Assembly: GCA_965649765.1 (NCBI GenBank)
Contig: OZ287750.1
Location: 23,126,001-23,190,000, forward strand
Direction: 5' to 3'
DNA: 64,000 nt
DNA from: Bispira polyomma
Lineage: Eukaryota
Shown: one piece after another, positions 14,006-25,631 of the stretch
Layout: every line of letters begins with the position of its first letter
How positions within the stretch are numbered: the first letter of the stretch is position 1
Notes under the pieces: model-generated
Databases searched by the model: none
Seen by the model: the letters and a program-made list of their open reading frames with translations, nothing else
What the model was told of the DNA's origin: nothing
Translations under genes and position numbers: made by a program

Positions 14006-15013
14006 AGTCTCAAAAATTAGGACATTGACCTTAAATTTAATACGAAACTCAATGGGCAGTCAGTGCTTTTTTTTTTTGCTGGTTAATCATGATATTTCTG
14101 TATAGACTGTCCATAAAATTGTTAATTGTAGATATATACAGTAGCAGTTCACAGGTATCCTTGGGGTCCCTGGCAATGTATGGCTTGCATGCCCGCCTCC
14201 TAATGCTGCACTTGTAGGTTTAAATCTCAGCCCTAGTATGCATGAGAAACTTGACAGTTCTCTGCTGAAGGCTACTTGTTTTCAATTAGGAGACTTGACC
14301 AACTAACTATATCTACATGTACATAGTCATGTGACTGTATGGCCTCCATGGGCCGCTCCATTCTGTTCCTGTTTATTATTGTAATGTTGTTAAATGTAAT
14401 CTAATAATAAAATTGTTGATGTTACACAAAGTGAATTGTATAAAGCAAAAAGAAAAAATAAATTGGGTTTGTTAAAACAGCACAGCATTTGTATCCTGAT
14501 AATATTGTACAAACATGAATATAGATGTAAAAAGCACTTATTTAGGTCTATAAATAGAAGGTTTTGTAAAATACAACTGGTATCTTAGTATAAAAAAAAT
14601 GTGTACTGTATAAGCAGTGGAAATTATTACAAGGATTAAATTTTATAGTTGTTTTAGCTATATTCAGCCATAGTCAGTTCAAAAAGTAAAGAAATTCATT
14701 CCCTGTCAAAATTTAATTTGTATTAATCTTTCAACCTAAAAATTACTTTCAGTGAATATTTTTTTTAAATCGTAAATTAGTAAAATTTTGGTTTCGGGAA
14801 TGAAAATTGGGTTTCTAAAATTGAACGGCTAATTTTACACATGCATCTGTATGTTAGTGCATCTGTGTCTGCTTTTATTTATTGAAAGGGTCTCCGCATA
14901 AGTTAAATGTTCAACATTACAAAACTTGGAGGTCACTGCAACTGTTTATTAACATAGAGACTAGACACACAGATGTAGTAAATTTAAAAACAAATGGTCA
15001 AAACAAACATATA

Positions 15014-15183
15014 CAGTAGAACCTCTAATATCCGAACATGTCAGGAGAGCAAAGTATGGTTTGGATAATAGAAGATTCATAGAAGAGGAATTTTGGCATA
15101 AAACAAAAAATAATTTGGGACAGTGAAAATTAATTCATAAAATCGAATATTCTGACAATAGAAGTTCGGGTAGTAGGGTTTGT
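15014..15183. mobile_element. Tigger-like MITE, family A
   Basis: TA-CAGTAGAACCTCTAATATCCGAAC start and shared internal sequence; right TIR degraded. Confidence 0.7.
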
Positions 15184-15557
15184 TCTTTGCATGAGGTAGA
15201 AATCTGAGAATGATTTACATTCTCTTTAACATATATTGTCAAATAATAAATTTACAGTACAAAAGTTCATGCTATATTTAAGTTTATTATTGTTGGCTTT
15301 AATGAAACTATTCTATTATTTTTGTAAAACTTTAAAAATAGATTTGAATGAGAGTTCATGCGTCATTGTTTAATAGAAATTGTATATACAAACATTTTTA
15401 AAATGTAATTCTTATAATTTTATAGTCTCAGCCAATCAGATTCTATGACAAGAATATTCTAAGCCAATCAAATTGCTTGACTAAATTTTATCTAAGAATC
15501 TTTGTGATCATAATGTTTATTCAGTCGCTGTCCACAGTTGAATACAGGCTCAGGTTT

Positions 15558-15640
15558 TTATCTGAAGTTACACCACGTATAAATTACAGCCAACGATGCC
15601 ACAGTAGTAAAGATAGAGGAACTCTGTAGTCTTGTGAAAC
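15558..15640 (-). CDS. Two-Ig-domain cell-surface protein, last exon (GPI-signal-like tail)
   Basis: TTTTTCAG acceptor, phase 1; GFTRLQSSSIFTTVASLAVIYTWCNFR*; AATAAA on the minus strand at 15521-15516. Confidence 0.7.
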
Positions 15641-16622
15641 CTGAAAAACACAAAAAATCCAAATGAAGTTTAGATGAGTTAGAGGTTTATTCAATGATTT
15701 AATGTTGAAATGCCCCCTCCAATCAAACAATAAATATAAGTCTGAATATAGTTGGTTCAACTTTTTACAGGTAAAATTACCATAGTTAATTTATTCACTT
15801 TTAACTGCATTTCAAACATTCATAGCTTGTCCTTGTTCATGCCGTAAAGCCAAGTTAATGTTAACAGTTTAGTAATTAAATATTTATAAAGTATACATGT
15901 ATCTAGTAATAACCTATGTTTTCAATCTAAGAACACTAAATATTAAACTACACTGCACAAATACTCATGTTTCAATTTTAGATACTTTATAAGACTTTAA
16001 TTGTGGTTTGAATAGAGCAAAGCATGCCTACCAATGAAAGCACAACAAATACCAATTTAATTTAATCATTGGAGAGATTTTGGATACTGTAACTTTGTCT
16101 TTCTGCCTATTAAATCAGCTGTTCTAACTAAGTGAAATTTATCCCCCCCCCCCCCTTCCCCCCCCGAAACTTGTCCAGATAAGTTTTACAGACGAAAAAA
16201 GACAGGGACAGATGATATCTGGAAGACTTGCGATTGTGAAACGGAAACAGTCGGAAAATGGTAGAAAGAGTTACACTGGTAAATCAGAAATCCCGGAAAA
16301 CCCCAGAAACAGGCGGAAACAGCCGCTTAATGGGACGGAACAGTTATAGTAGTAATTCGGCAATACCCAGAAATAGGCGGAAGTATTTGTCCACTTTTTT
16401 CATGGTGGTGAGGTGGACGTTATGACCCTGCCAAAAACTGTCGCCTACCATTGCCGACTGCAGAAGGTTCGGGAGGGAAATTGAAGTTAAAAAAAGTTCA
16501 ATATAGGGTCCCCACTGCAAAGAGATTCTCATAACTTCTCTAACCACCCCTCTATACCGTCATAGTGTGAACCCATCATTAAGCATGCACTTATAAATAT
16601 ACACATTTAGCATTCAACTCAC

Positions 16623-16748
16623 CTGAGGACACAATAATCTCCTTCCTTGCAAAGGCCTCTACACCTGGTAAGTGTACCACACAGGCATAGAGGACAGCAT
16701 CAGAGCTTTCCATGGTGACTGGCAGGATACTCCAGGAGTCTCCAAATA
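16623..16748 (-). CDS. Two-Ig-domain protein, exon completing Ig domain 2
   Basis: TCTCCCCAG acceptor and G|GTGAGT donor, phase 1-1; LFGDSWSILPVTMESSDAVLYACVVHLPGVEAFARKEIIVSS with the YxC F-strand motif. Confidence 0.8.
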
Positions 16749-17012
16749 CTGGGGAGAAAGAAAAACACAGGACACCTCTACAGTGGAGCTTCTCTTATGT
16801 TAAAAACTCAGGGGAGAGCATAGATTATTTGTGGATGTGTTCATTAACTGAAACAGGTATTTCCAAATACTGGGGGAAAAGGAAGAACACAGGACAAATC
16901 AACAGTTATTAGAACTTCTTTTAAATGTTAACAACTAAGGGGAGCATAGTGTAATTCTGGATGTGTTTATTAAATGGAAGAGGTATTTCTAAATACTGGG
17001 GAAAAAATAACA
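16741..17012. repeat. ~120-127-bp repeat that triplicates a splice acceptor
   Basis: CCAAATACTGGGG(A)GAAA units at ~16742, ~16863 and ~16989. Confidence 0.7.
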
Positions 17013-17105
17013 TTGTCATATATATTTTGTGTATTATGCAACGAGTTCTTTAGCAAAATGTTCAGTAATGTATGAGTGTAGTATACTCATTTCTATAAAA
17101 TGATA

Positions 17106-17291
17106 CAGGAGAACCTCTGTTAATCATACATGTTGGGAGATCAAGATTTTGTTCGGATAATGGAAAGTTTATGAAATAGAGGAGGCATCTTTGTAAAAAA
17201 TAATAAGAAAACATAGATTTGGAAGAGTGGAAATGAATTCATGAATAAAATATTTGGATAAAAGAAGTTTGTATGATAGGGGTTTGTACTG
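17106..17291. mobile_element. Tigger-like MITE, family A
   Basis: TA-CAGGAGAACCTCTG ... AGGGGTTTGTACTG-TA. Confidence 0.7.
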
Positions 17292-17854
17292 TATTATTGT
17301 GTATAGTCAGTGCACCGTATATAATGGATGTAAGCACGTGCATAGCAACCGACAAAAATTCATAGTACCTAACAAAAAAATTAGCATTTTTATATGCAAA
17401 TGGCTTTGTATTGCTTTTAATTAATTATACTAACAATATTTCTATTTTCTACCAATAAAAGTCGCTGTTTTTACATATTTAAAACAGACGCAAAATGCCA
17501 ATCCTCAAATGTGGATGCTCCTCATTCATAGTTACATTGGACAAGTGGCAGCATTGCTATAAGCAATTGTGAAAAAATAAATGTTTAACCATAAGAAAAC
17601 TAACAAAACAAACTACAGCAGAACGTTTATTATTTTAACACAGAGTTTGATTTTGTCTGGATAACTGCATGTTCATCAAACGGAACAGGTATTTCAGTTA
17701 TAAAATTAAAAAAATAGTACCTTGAGAGCAAGTCAACATAAGTTCAAACAATTGAATCGTTGAGAAAGAGATGTTTAGCAAACATAGGCTACACTATATA
17801 TGATTTGTGATTTTAACTTGAAAAAATCAATACATGCACCAAAACCTGCTTAAA

Positions 17855-18044
17855 CAGCAAAACCTCTATTATATCCGAACTTCCAATTATCTGAATATTC
17901 CATTTTATTAACTCAATTCCACTCTCCCAAATTTTTATTTTCTTATTGATTAATACTGAAATACCTTTTCTATTTTATGAACATTCTATTATCCAAACAA
18001 AATATTACTCTCCCAACATGTTTCGGATAATAGAGGTTCCACTG
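17855..18044. mobile_element. Tigger-like MITE, family A (inverted)
   Basis: CAGCAAAACCTCTATTAT ... CGGATAATAGAGGTTCCACTG-TA. Confidence 0.75.
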
Positions 18045-18088
18045 TATTGCACCTGATATGATACACAGGATATATACAAGCCACCTAC

Positions 18089-18253
18089 GAGTCTGGTTAA
18101 GGTCAGAGTAAGGCCCAAAGGCCTCGTGTGTGACATCCACTTCCCCTTGTAGCCAAGTGAAGATCGCTTGGGGCCTGCTGTCATGTGACGTACATGTGAG
18201 GTTCATCTCGGAGTCTCTCTCTTGCTTGGATACACTTACATGACTGGGTCGCA
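18089..18253 (-). CDS. Two-Ig-domain protein, first half of Ig domain 2 (CD80-like C2-set)
   Basis: TATTTCAG acceptor and C|GTAGGT donor, phase 1-1; VRPSHVSVSKQERDSEMNLTCTSHDSRPQAIFTWLQGEVDVT... (LTCxS..SRPxAxxTW). Confidence 0.85.
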
Positions 18254-18811
18254 CTGAAATACACAACAGTTAAAGTACCATTTTCCATACACATGTGTAG
18301 GTAATCCGTTTCCACGAGGCAATATTATTTATTTTATAACATACCTTTTTATCAGCCTGATATTGATTTCATTATAAAAAGGGCGCCACCATCTTTAAAA
18401 GGGGCACCGCCATCTTAAAAATAATATGTAAGGCCTTTATGGAATGGTTAAAAGCAATCGACCTGTCCAAACTGAGGCATGTCCAAAATATTTTTGTAGG
18501 GGTGCCAAGTGGGCCTGAGTATAAGTAGCCATTAATAATATTATGCATTTTTAACGTGCTTTAGTGATGCTAGGCATCTTCTAAAGGGCAACAACAGAAT
18601 CAGTGGGCCAATCATGTAGTCCATAGATATAGCGAGGTCGTAAGGAAAGTAAGTAACGGAAATATGAGGTGACAATTATATTTTACACACAATGTGCATT
18701 ATTGCAAGTCTTAAATATATTATTGTTCCATAATGTTACGTGTACTTGATTGTGAAATAACATTCATAAATAATATGAATGAATTAATAAATAAATTGAA
18801 GTGTATACACT

Positions 18812-19330
18812 GTATACCAGAGACAATCAGGTTGGCTTCATACTCCTGTACACCCATCCTACACATACACAGAGAATCATACCTGAGACAGTCAGACTGG
18901 CTTCATACTCCTGCACACCCATTGTACACATACACAGGGAATCATACCTGAGGCAGTCAAACTGGCTTCCTACTCCTGTACACCCATCCTACACATATAC
19001 AGGGAATTATACCGGGGACAGTCAGACTGGCTTCATACTCCTGTACACCAATCCTACACACAGGGAATTATACCTGAAACAGTCAGACTGGCTTCCTACT
19101 CCTGTACACCCATCCTACATATATACAGGGAATTATACCGGAGACAGTCAGACTGGCTCCCTACTCCTGTACACCCATCCTACACATATACAGGGAATTA
19201 TACCTGAGACAGTCAGACTGGCTTCATACTCCTGTACACCCATCCTACACACGTACAGAGAATCATACCTGAGACAGTCAAACTGGCTTCATACTCCTGT
19301 ACACCCATCCTGCACATATACAGGGAATGA
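18812..19330. repeat. 65-bp tandem repeat x8 made of an exon 3' end plus its splice donor
   Basis: Minus-strand donor GT at 19268, 19203, 19138, 19073, 19012, 18947, 18882 and 18817 (period 65, one unit of 61). Confidence 0.95.
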
Positions 19331-19440
19331 TCCTCAACCTGCACATTCTTTACAGTCAGGTTGTACCTCATGGACATCATATACTTGGTGTCATCCACTG
19401 TGTCATTGTTTGCTGCAACGATGTGGGGTTCAGGGTTTTC
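19269..19440 (-). CDS. Two-Ig-domain protein, second half of Ig domain 1 (V/I-set)
   Basis: CTCACCTTAG acceptor, phase 0 to 1; ENPEPHIVAANNDTVDDTKYMMSMRYNLTVKNVQVEDHSLYMCRMGVQEYEASLTVS with LxVxxVxxEDxxxYxC. Confidence 0.9.
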
Positions 19441-20479
19441 CTAAGGTGAGACAAATTATAGTATAAATGGAAATTTTCACTGGGAATTAATTTCTAGCTA
19501 ATGAGTTAAAATAGTGCAAATTAATTCTAGTGAATGTCTTAAAAAATTGTAAATTTTCACTTATACAAAGACTTGCTTACAAGGCTTTACCGTTGGTGAA
19601 ATACTGTATGACTGTATTTTACACAGTCGCCATTCTGTTCAAAAGCTGTCAGCACTGTTTTTTTTAAACTGTCAGCTTCTTCATTTAATCCTAAATGTAA
19701 CCCACAGAGGGATGTGGTGAAAAAATCATAATGCCCTCATGGAAGGACCTTGCACAAGGTCTAACTTATACAGTCCTTCTAAAACAACGATCTATCTTGT
19801 GTTGCCAATTCTTATTGGTTCAAAAGTATTGTAAAATCTAGGACAACACCATATTTGTTATGTATGTCATATACCTCAACTGTTTGTATTTCTATGCTAA
19901 GTTATGTCTGTTACATATAAAACATATAGTATTGCATGAATATACTTCATATTTTTATAAATACAATTTGGAAAAAAAAGAGTAGTTGTAATTTAAATTA
20001 CTATGACATAAAAAATAATGTTTCTTATGTCTTGTTAAGTAGTTTCCCACAGTAAAGCGATATAATTAAAAGTATACCAAGATTTAAGTAACATTTTTAT
20101 AGTTTGTCATGTTTCTACCAGAATAACCTATTTCAAACCACGGATATGCTGGAAATTCAATTTACCACTCTTGGAGTTGTAGAAACACTCAGGCTTCAAC
20201 TTTGTGTTCCTACGTACGCCTCTACTCGTATACTCTGTTTGTCATGAGTTTTCCCTTAAATGACACCTCACATCTTCAGCTGCTTTCATGTCAGTATTTA
20301 CACTCATTCTTAAATGGGACCTGTTGTGTGCTATATTGACCCCCAATACTCTGCCTAAATATAAAAGCGGGAAGATAACCATTGTCAATGTCCCCAAGGT
20401 TATTTAGCCTGCCACTGGGGATAGGAAACAATGCCAGAGGACCATCATTTTAAGGAATGTAAATGTGTGTAGGTTTATA

Positions 20480-20705
20480 GTCTGATATCACCTCTGTTGA
20501 GGTCTCAGCTGACTTTGCAGTTTACACCCCCAGCCTGGGTTCTTCAACTTATTAACCATTGTTCAGTCTCAACTCCCTCAGAAAGCATACTAGCCATGCT
20601 GCCATATACAGCGTACAAAGACTAACACCTATTAGCAGCCAGGTACCCATTTATACACCTGGGTAGAGAGGGACAACTTTGTGTGTTTCTGCCTGTACCT
20701 GGGCA
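20480..20705 (-). mobile_element. SINE fragment with a CORE-like central domain
   Basis: CTCTCTACCCAGGTGTATAAATGGGTACC on the minus strand, a motif typical of invertebrate SINE central domains. Confidence 0.5.
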
Positions 20706-20899
20706 CACCCCCCCCCCCCCCCCCCACCTCTTTAAAGTCATCCCACCACTCACCCACTCTTTTCCAAGTCGCTTTGGAGCATCTAACAACCAACTTTTTG
20801 CGTTTACGTTCACAATATATTCTGGGAGTTGTCTCCCCCACCTTTCACACAATACTGGGGATCCACCTATGTTTTTAGTATTCCTGGTCGTACACTTGC

Positions 20900-21042
20900 C
20901 TTGATCCATTGCATCACTTCCCAGGACTGCTGTTCTCCTTCAATACCACAGTACACACTGAGAGTGGATCCCACAAGTCCAGACGTGTTAGTGGGAAGAG
21001 ACACAATGGTCGCTGTGTACACCTCCTCTTCTGTGCTGTGGA
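20900..21042 (-). CDS. Two-Ig-domain protein, first half of Ig domain 1
   Basis: VHSTEEEVYTATIVSLPTNTSGLVGSTLSVYCGIEGEQQSWEVMQWIK with B-strand Cys and C-strand Trp; ends at an AAG|GCAAGT GC donor in phase 0, matching the next exon; exact acceptor uncertain. Confidence 0.8.
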
Positions 21043-21121
21043 CTGGATCAGCCAAATAGATCAACCAAATATAGACCAGTAATTACCAAAGTTTAAAACA
21101 CATTTTATGTCATTTTTCAAT

Positions 21122-21605
21122 GGCCCCAGAAGCCTTGTGGTCACAAGTGTAGATTCACAATCCCTGGCCCCCTACTAATATAGGTTGGAATGCTGTTTGT
21201 TTCTTTATGTGTGAAAGTTTGTCAGGTATTTGCTGTAGGCCAGTGGTTTACAGCACTTCAGCACCGGTTTCCTCCACCATTAAAGCTGGCTGTGGTGATA
21301 TGACCTTAGCTGTTGAAAGCGATGTAAAAATCCAAAGTCATGTAAATTCAAATTTTTAATGGCCTTATATGGAATGTGGTGACCTAGTTGAAAAAAAAAA
21401 CATCTGCTGTAATATATCACTGGCCTCTAACCTCTTGAGGACAGTGAGATCGAATCCCACTGCTTCATTCAAGTGAGAAAGTTTACCAGGTAGTAGCTGT
21501 AGGTCCGTGATTTTCAGGTGTGCTGCTGGTTGCTTCACCAATAAATCTGGCCATCACAATATGACCATAGATGTTGAAAGTGAAGTAAAAGCCAAATAAA
21601 TTCAA
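21122..21605 (+). mobile_element. Two tandem decayed tRNA-derived SINEs (Meta/MESC-like tail)
   Basis: GGTTTCCTCCACCATTAAAGCTGG...GATATGACC...GTTGAAAG motif twice; A/B-box remnants in the second copy. Confidence 0.7.
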
Positions 21606-22111
21606 ATCCAATGGCCTTGTAACAATAATGCTTATTTGTAAAGCCTGTAAAGATTGAAAGTGGGCACCTGGTCCCATATTCGTTACAGAAATTCAAGTTC
21701 AACTTAACTCAAAAGTAGGCTATGTGTGTAACTTCTGTATATGGTAATTACCTATACTTTTGACCATTTACTTTTAAATTAATAGAACTTTCCGCATTGA
21801 ATTCAAATATGCAATTAGATTTGACTTAATTTCACCCCCAGCCACAAATTTGTGGAGACTTTAGATTTGAGTGTGAATTAAGCTTGAGAATTTTGGAGAA
21901 TGTAGAGTCACTATGGTCTAGTGGTTAGACAGAACAGCAATGTCAGCAAATATTACTAGAGTAAAACCTCTAAAGTGGCCTCCCATGGAGTAGTAGCTTG
22001 TTAGCGAGTTGGTTCAATGATTTTCAACAGTTACAATTTCAAGCTAAACCACATTGGAGGATAACATTGTTGGGCAAAATATGAACACAAAAACAATTTC
22101 CTTCTGGTAGA

Positions 22112-22363
22112 GGGGGCCGCGGTGGCCTAGTGGTTAGCAAGCATTGCGCTTCACAATCACTGGTCTCTCACCTCTGGGCGGCGTGAGTTCGAATCCCGTC
22201 GATGCCTATGTGGGAAAGGTGGTAGTTCCTTACTATGGGCCACTGGTTTCTCTGCAGAACCTTGACCGATTGTATGCAGTGTTTCCTCCAGCGTTTCCAA
22301 CTACCCGTCCCAATATAACCTACTAAAAGGTACTGGAGTGGATGTTAAATATCCAAATTCAAA
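22112..22363 (+). mobile_element. Young full-length tRNA-derived SINE with 14-bp TSD
   Basis: A box GGTGGCCTAGTGG, B box GTTCGAATCC, (AAATTC)n tail, TSD TTCCTTCTGGTAGA at 22098-22111 and 22364-22377. Confidence 0.92.
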
Positions 22364-24201
22364 TTCCTTCTGGTAGAATATAAAGGGGTTCAGGGAATCA
22401 AATTGCTTTAGATAGATGACTATTTAGCCTTATACTTTCCTAAATTCCAGTCATTTTCAGCAAGTTTTTATTGATTTAGCTTAAATATAAAGGGTGGCGA
22501 ATTTCAGATACAGTGGCAAATTTTAGATTTCTTACTCTATGTGAATATATCTACCAGCATTTCATTTGAACCGCTACTTTTATTTTTTATGTTTGTGTAA
22601 CATATCAGACAAAATGCATAAATCATAAAAACAGTTATTTTTTTCCCGACAAGAGGTGACTCAACTATTATTTTAAAGTTAATGTTATTACATCCTTTTT
22701 GTCACCAAACAAAAGAAAAGTAACAACTAGTAACAACATTTTTAATCAGCTAGTCTACTTGATAACCTGACGTACAAACAAACATTGAATGAATTAACAT
22801 ATATTGTGTATTCAGTGAATGTTCAGTCTAAATTATTTTTCAAATTAATGTGTCATCAGTCTATTAAAAAATTTAAAAAACCACCTAATCCCTGCCCATT
22901 GCTGCGGAAAATACTTAATCTAGACCCTTATTTTAAAAAATTTATTCATCTTACTATAAAAAGGACCCTGTAATTATAAGTTTACAAACTTTTTAAAAAT
23001 TTAATAAAAAAAACAGTAAATATGATTGAAAATATTTAACAGCAAGCAAACGTCACCTATTTTCACAAATGCCATCACTAAAACTGGAATGACGATATAT
23101 CCTGTCAGTAAGTACTTCATATTTACAAGATTTTTTTTTTCCACTAGTCGAAAAAAAAAATGAACGAAATAAAAAAATCAGCTCTGGCGTGGATATCCTC
23201 TATCTCAAATATGACCTGGAACCTTTTGACTTCACTTTTTTTTATCATTATTCTGTTGAGTGTTGCCGTCAAAAATATTATGATCTCACACCCATGACAC
23301 TGCAAACTGCGCATTATTTAAAGTAAGTTTGTCTCTTGTATTATAACTTACCTACATTAAGGCTTGCAACATTGATCACACTAAAATTTCTTTTTTTTTG
23401 GTGACCATTTTTAGATAAAATTGGTGCATTCAGTTTCTTCCACTTTACTACCAAAATTTCATTTACTTTATACCCATTTGATTTCTAACTGTCCTGGGAA
23501 AATGGTATTTTAGTATTGCAGATCTCCTTAGAATTGACTTTAAGGGTACCAGATTTTATAACAAGATGATAATTCAGCCTAGTGACACAGACTTTGTTTG
23601 CTGTTTATTTTGTAGTTAGGTTCATTATTGAGATATATTTGTAGATAAAAAATAACTGATTTTCTGTACATATTTCTGATAAGAGACCAACAGTAATTTT
23701 TTTTAAATAACTTATTTGCTGGGATGTTGCTTATCATGTTGATACTGGTGTGCATCAATGGCTAATTTGTGGTCCGTGCAGATTACTGCCTGGTAATATC
23801 CTGAACTCATAATTTGCTTGTGACTAATAAGTCAATAAGGACAGGATTAAGTGTCACAGAATGTACCAAAATATGTTAAAGATTGCTGGACAGCTATCTT
23901 AACAAGAGTTGTCTCTTTAAAAAATACATTAGCGCACAGTGACTGACATCCAGCAATTTGACCGGGTCGATTGTTTCCAACCAATCCATGTGGGCTTTAC
24001 ATATTATTTCCAACATGGCGGCAATGATCACCTGATAATATAAATCTAACACCCCTCAGTTTGGTCAGGTCAATTGCTTCTTACCAATCCATGAAGGCGT
24101 TACATATTTCTAACATGAAAATGTTTCCAGAATAAAATCAATATTAGGCAGCGCCTGATAAAGAAGGGACTCGTTACATTTCCCAGACTGTAACTGTAGT
24201 A

Positions 24202-24355
24202 TAGTAAAACCTCTATTATCTGCATATGTTGGGAGAGCAAGATTTTGTACACATATAATAGATGGATTCATAAAATCGATGAAATTTCTCTGTAAAAAAA
24301 TAGGAAAACATGTATTTCAAAGATAATAGAAATTCAGATAATGGCGGTTCTACTG
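24202..24355. mobile_element. Tigger-like MITE, family A
   Basis: AGTAAAACCTCTATTATC ... GATAATGGCGGTTCTACTG-TA. Confidence 0.7.
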
Positions 24356-25414
24356 TACTTTAAAATGCAAAGAGAATCTGATATATTTTTAACAACTGCC
24401 ACTTTTTAGAGAAATTAGGTTAATTTTGAAAAATTATATGTACGATTTAAGTTAAGAAATAGAACAAGCAGAATTTAATGGTAGTGAATTTTAGATTCAG
24501 GGTAAATTTTAATGTGTATGCCAACTGAACATAGCAGTCATGTTATAACTAATGTAGTGGTGAAATCACTATATGTGTTTGCCAGTAGTCTCCTTTAGAT
24601 GTGAGCAATTGTTCTTGTGTTCAACGACACAACAAGTGTTCTTATGTCCAATTTTATGTATATGACCATGCAGTATATACCCTTTTAACCTTGCTATTCG
24701 CAAAGATTTCTATTATTGCAGTACACTGTTTTATAGGCGATAACATGCTGTTTATGTTATTCATATGTTAATTTGGAAGCCAGTGTTGTTTTTTTAACTG
24801 TGAACTACACGCGAGAAGTATCGAAGGTATTAAAGTGTTATGCCAACAGTAAAGGCACTAATCAGCTAAAAGCAAAATACCTAATGGACCGTCCATGAAA
24901 GCTGAAAAGTGGTTCATGTACAGTCCAGAAAATAAACTCCCACTTGAGGTAGTAAAAGCATTACTCACAAGTCAACATTAGCTTTTGCAAAGAATAAAAT
25001 AAACTCTCCAAAATTTCAGCGTGTAAGTTTGTTTAGTTATTTGCCCTTTGTGTTACATGTATATCACTGGTAGAGTAAACCAGTACAGATCAGTTGGTCA
25101 AGATTTGTGCACTGCAGTGTGCTGGCCTTATGCAAGTCTTCTAAAGGTGTTTAAACATCAACCCAACTGAATATGCACTTCAGGAAATCAGACCCTGACC
25201 CTGCATATCTATACCCTAATGACTTGAGTTTGTACCAGATAAGACTCCCTGGTCAAACTTAAGCCTAAGGCCTGGTTTTCACAAAGACTCTAACTTTTAG
25301 CATTATAATTCTTGACTTGAACTAAAATTTTCAGAACAAGAATCATTGTGAATATTTGTGGCCCAGATCCATAAAGTCACACATCTCAATCTTTCAGGTA
25401 TTTTTTGCATTTTG

Positions 25415-25631
25415 TTGGGTTTTACATTGCTTTTAACAAATTAGGTCATATTGCGACGGCCAGATTTGATGGTGGAAAAAACCAGTGCTGAAGCCACTGT
25501 AAACTACGGACCTACAGCCAGTACTGGACAAACTTTCCCACATGAAAGAATGAATAAGATTTAAATCCACATTAGTGAGAGGCCAGTGATTGTAAAACAG
25601 GCATTTCCAACCACTAGGCCACCACGGCCCC
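25415..25631 (-). mobile_element. tRNA-derived SINE (Meta/MESC-like)
   Basis: Minus strand begins GGGGCCGTGGTGGCCTAGTGG; same tail as the other copies. Confidence 0.8.

Noticed and set aside
18801-19466. 221-aa plus-strand ORF
   Set aside because: Antisense by-product of the 65-bp repeat; the real exon is on the minus strand
22112-22200. tRNA gene
   Set aside because: The A and B boxes belong to a SINE head followed by a SINE body, tail and TSD; the near-identical 60-aa ORFs at 22144 and 48730 are SINE artefacts
23350-23430. Candidate signal-peptide exon of the Ig gene (strong G|GTAAGT donor on the minus strand)
   Set aside because: The nearby ATGs run into a stop and the phase-compatible frame is not hydrophobic
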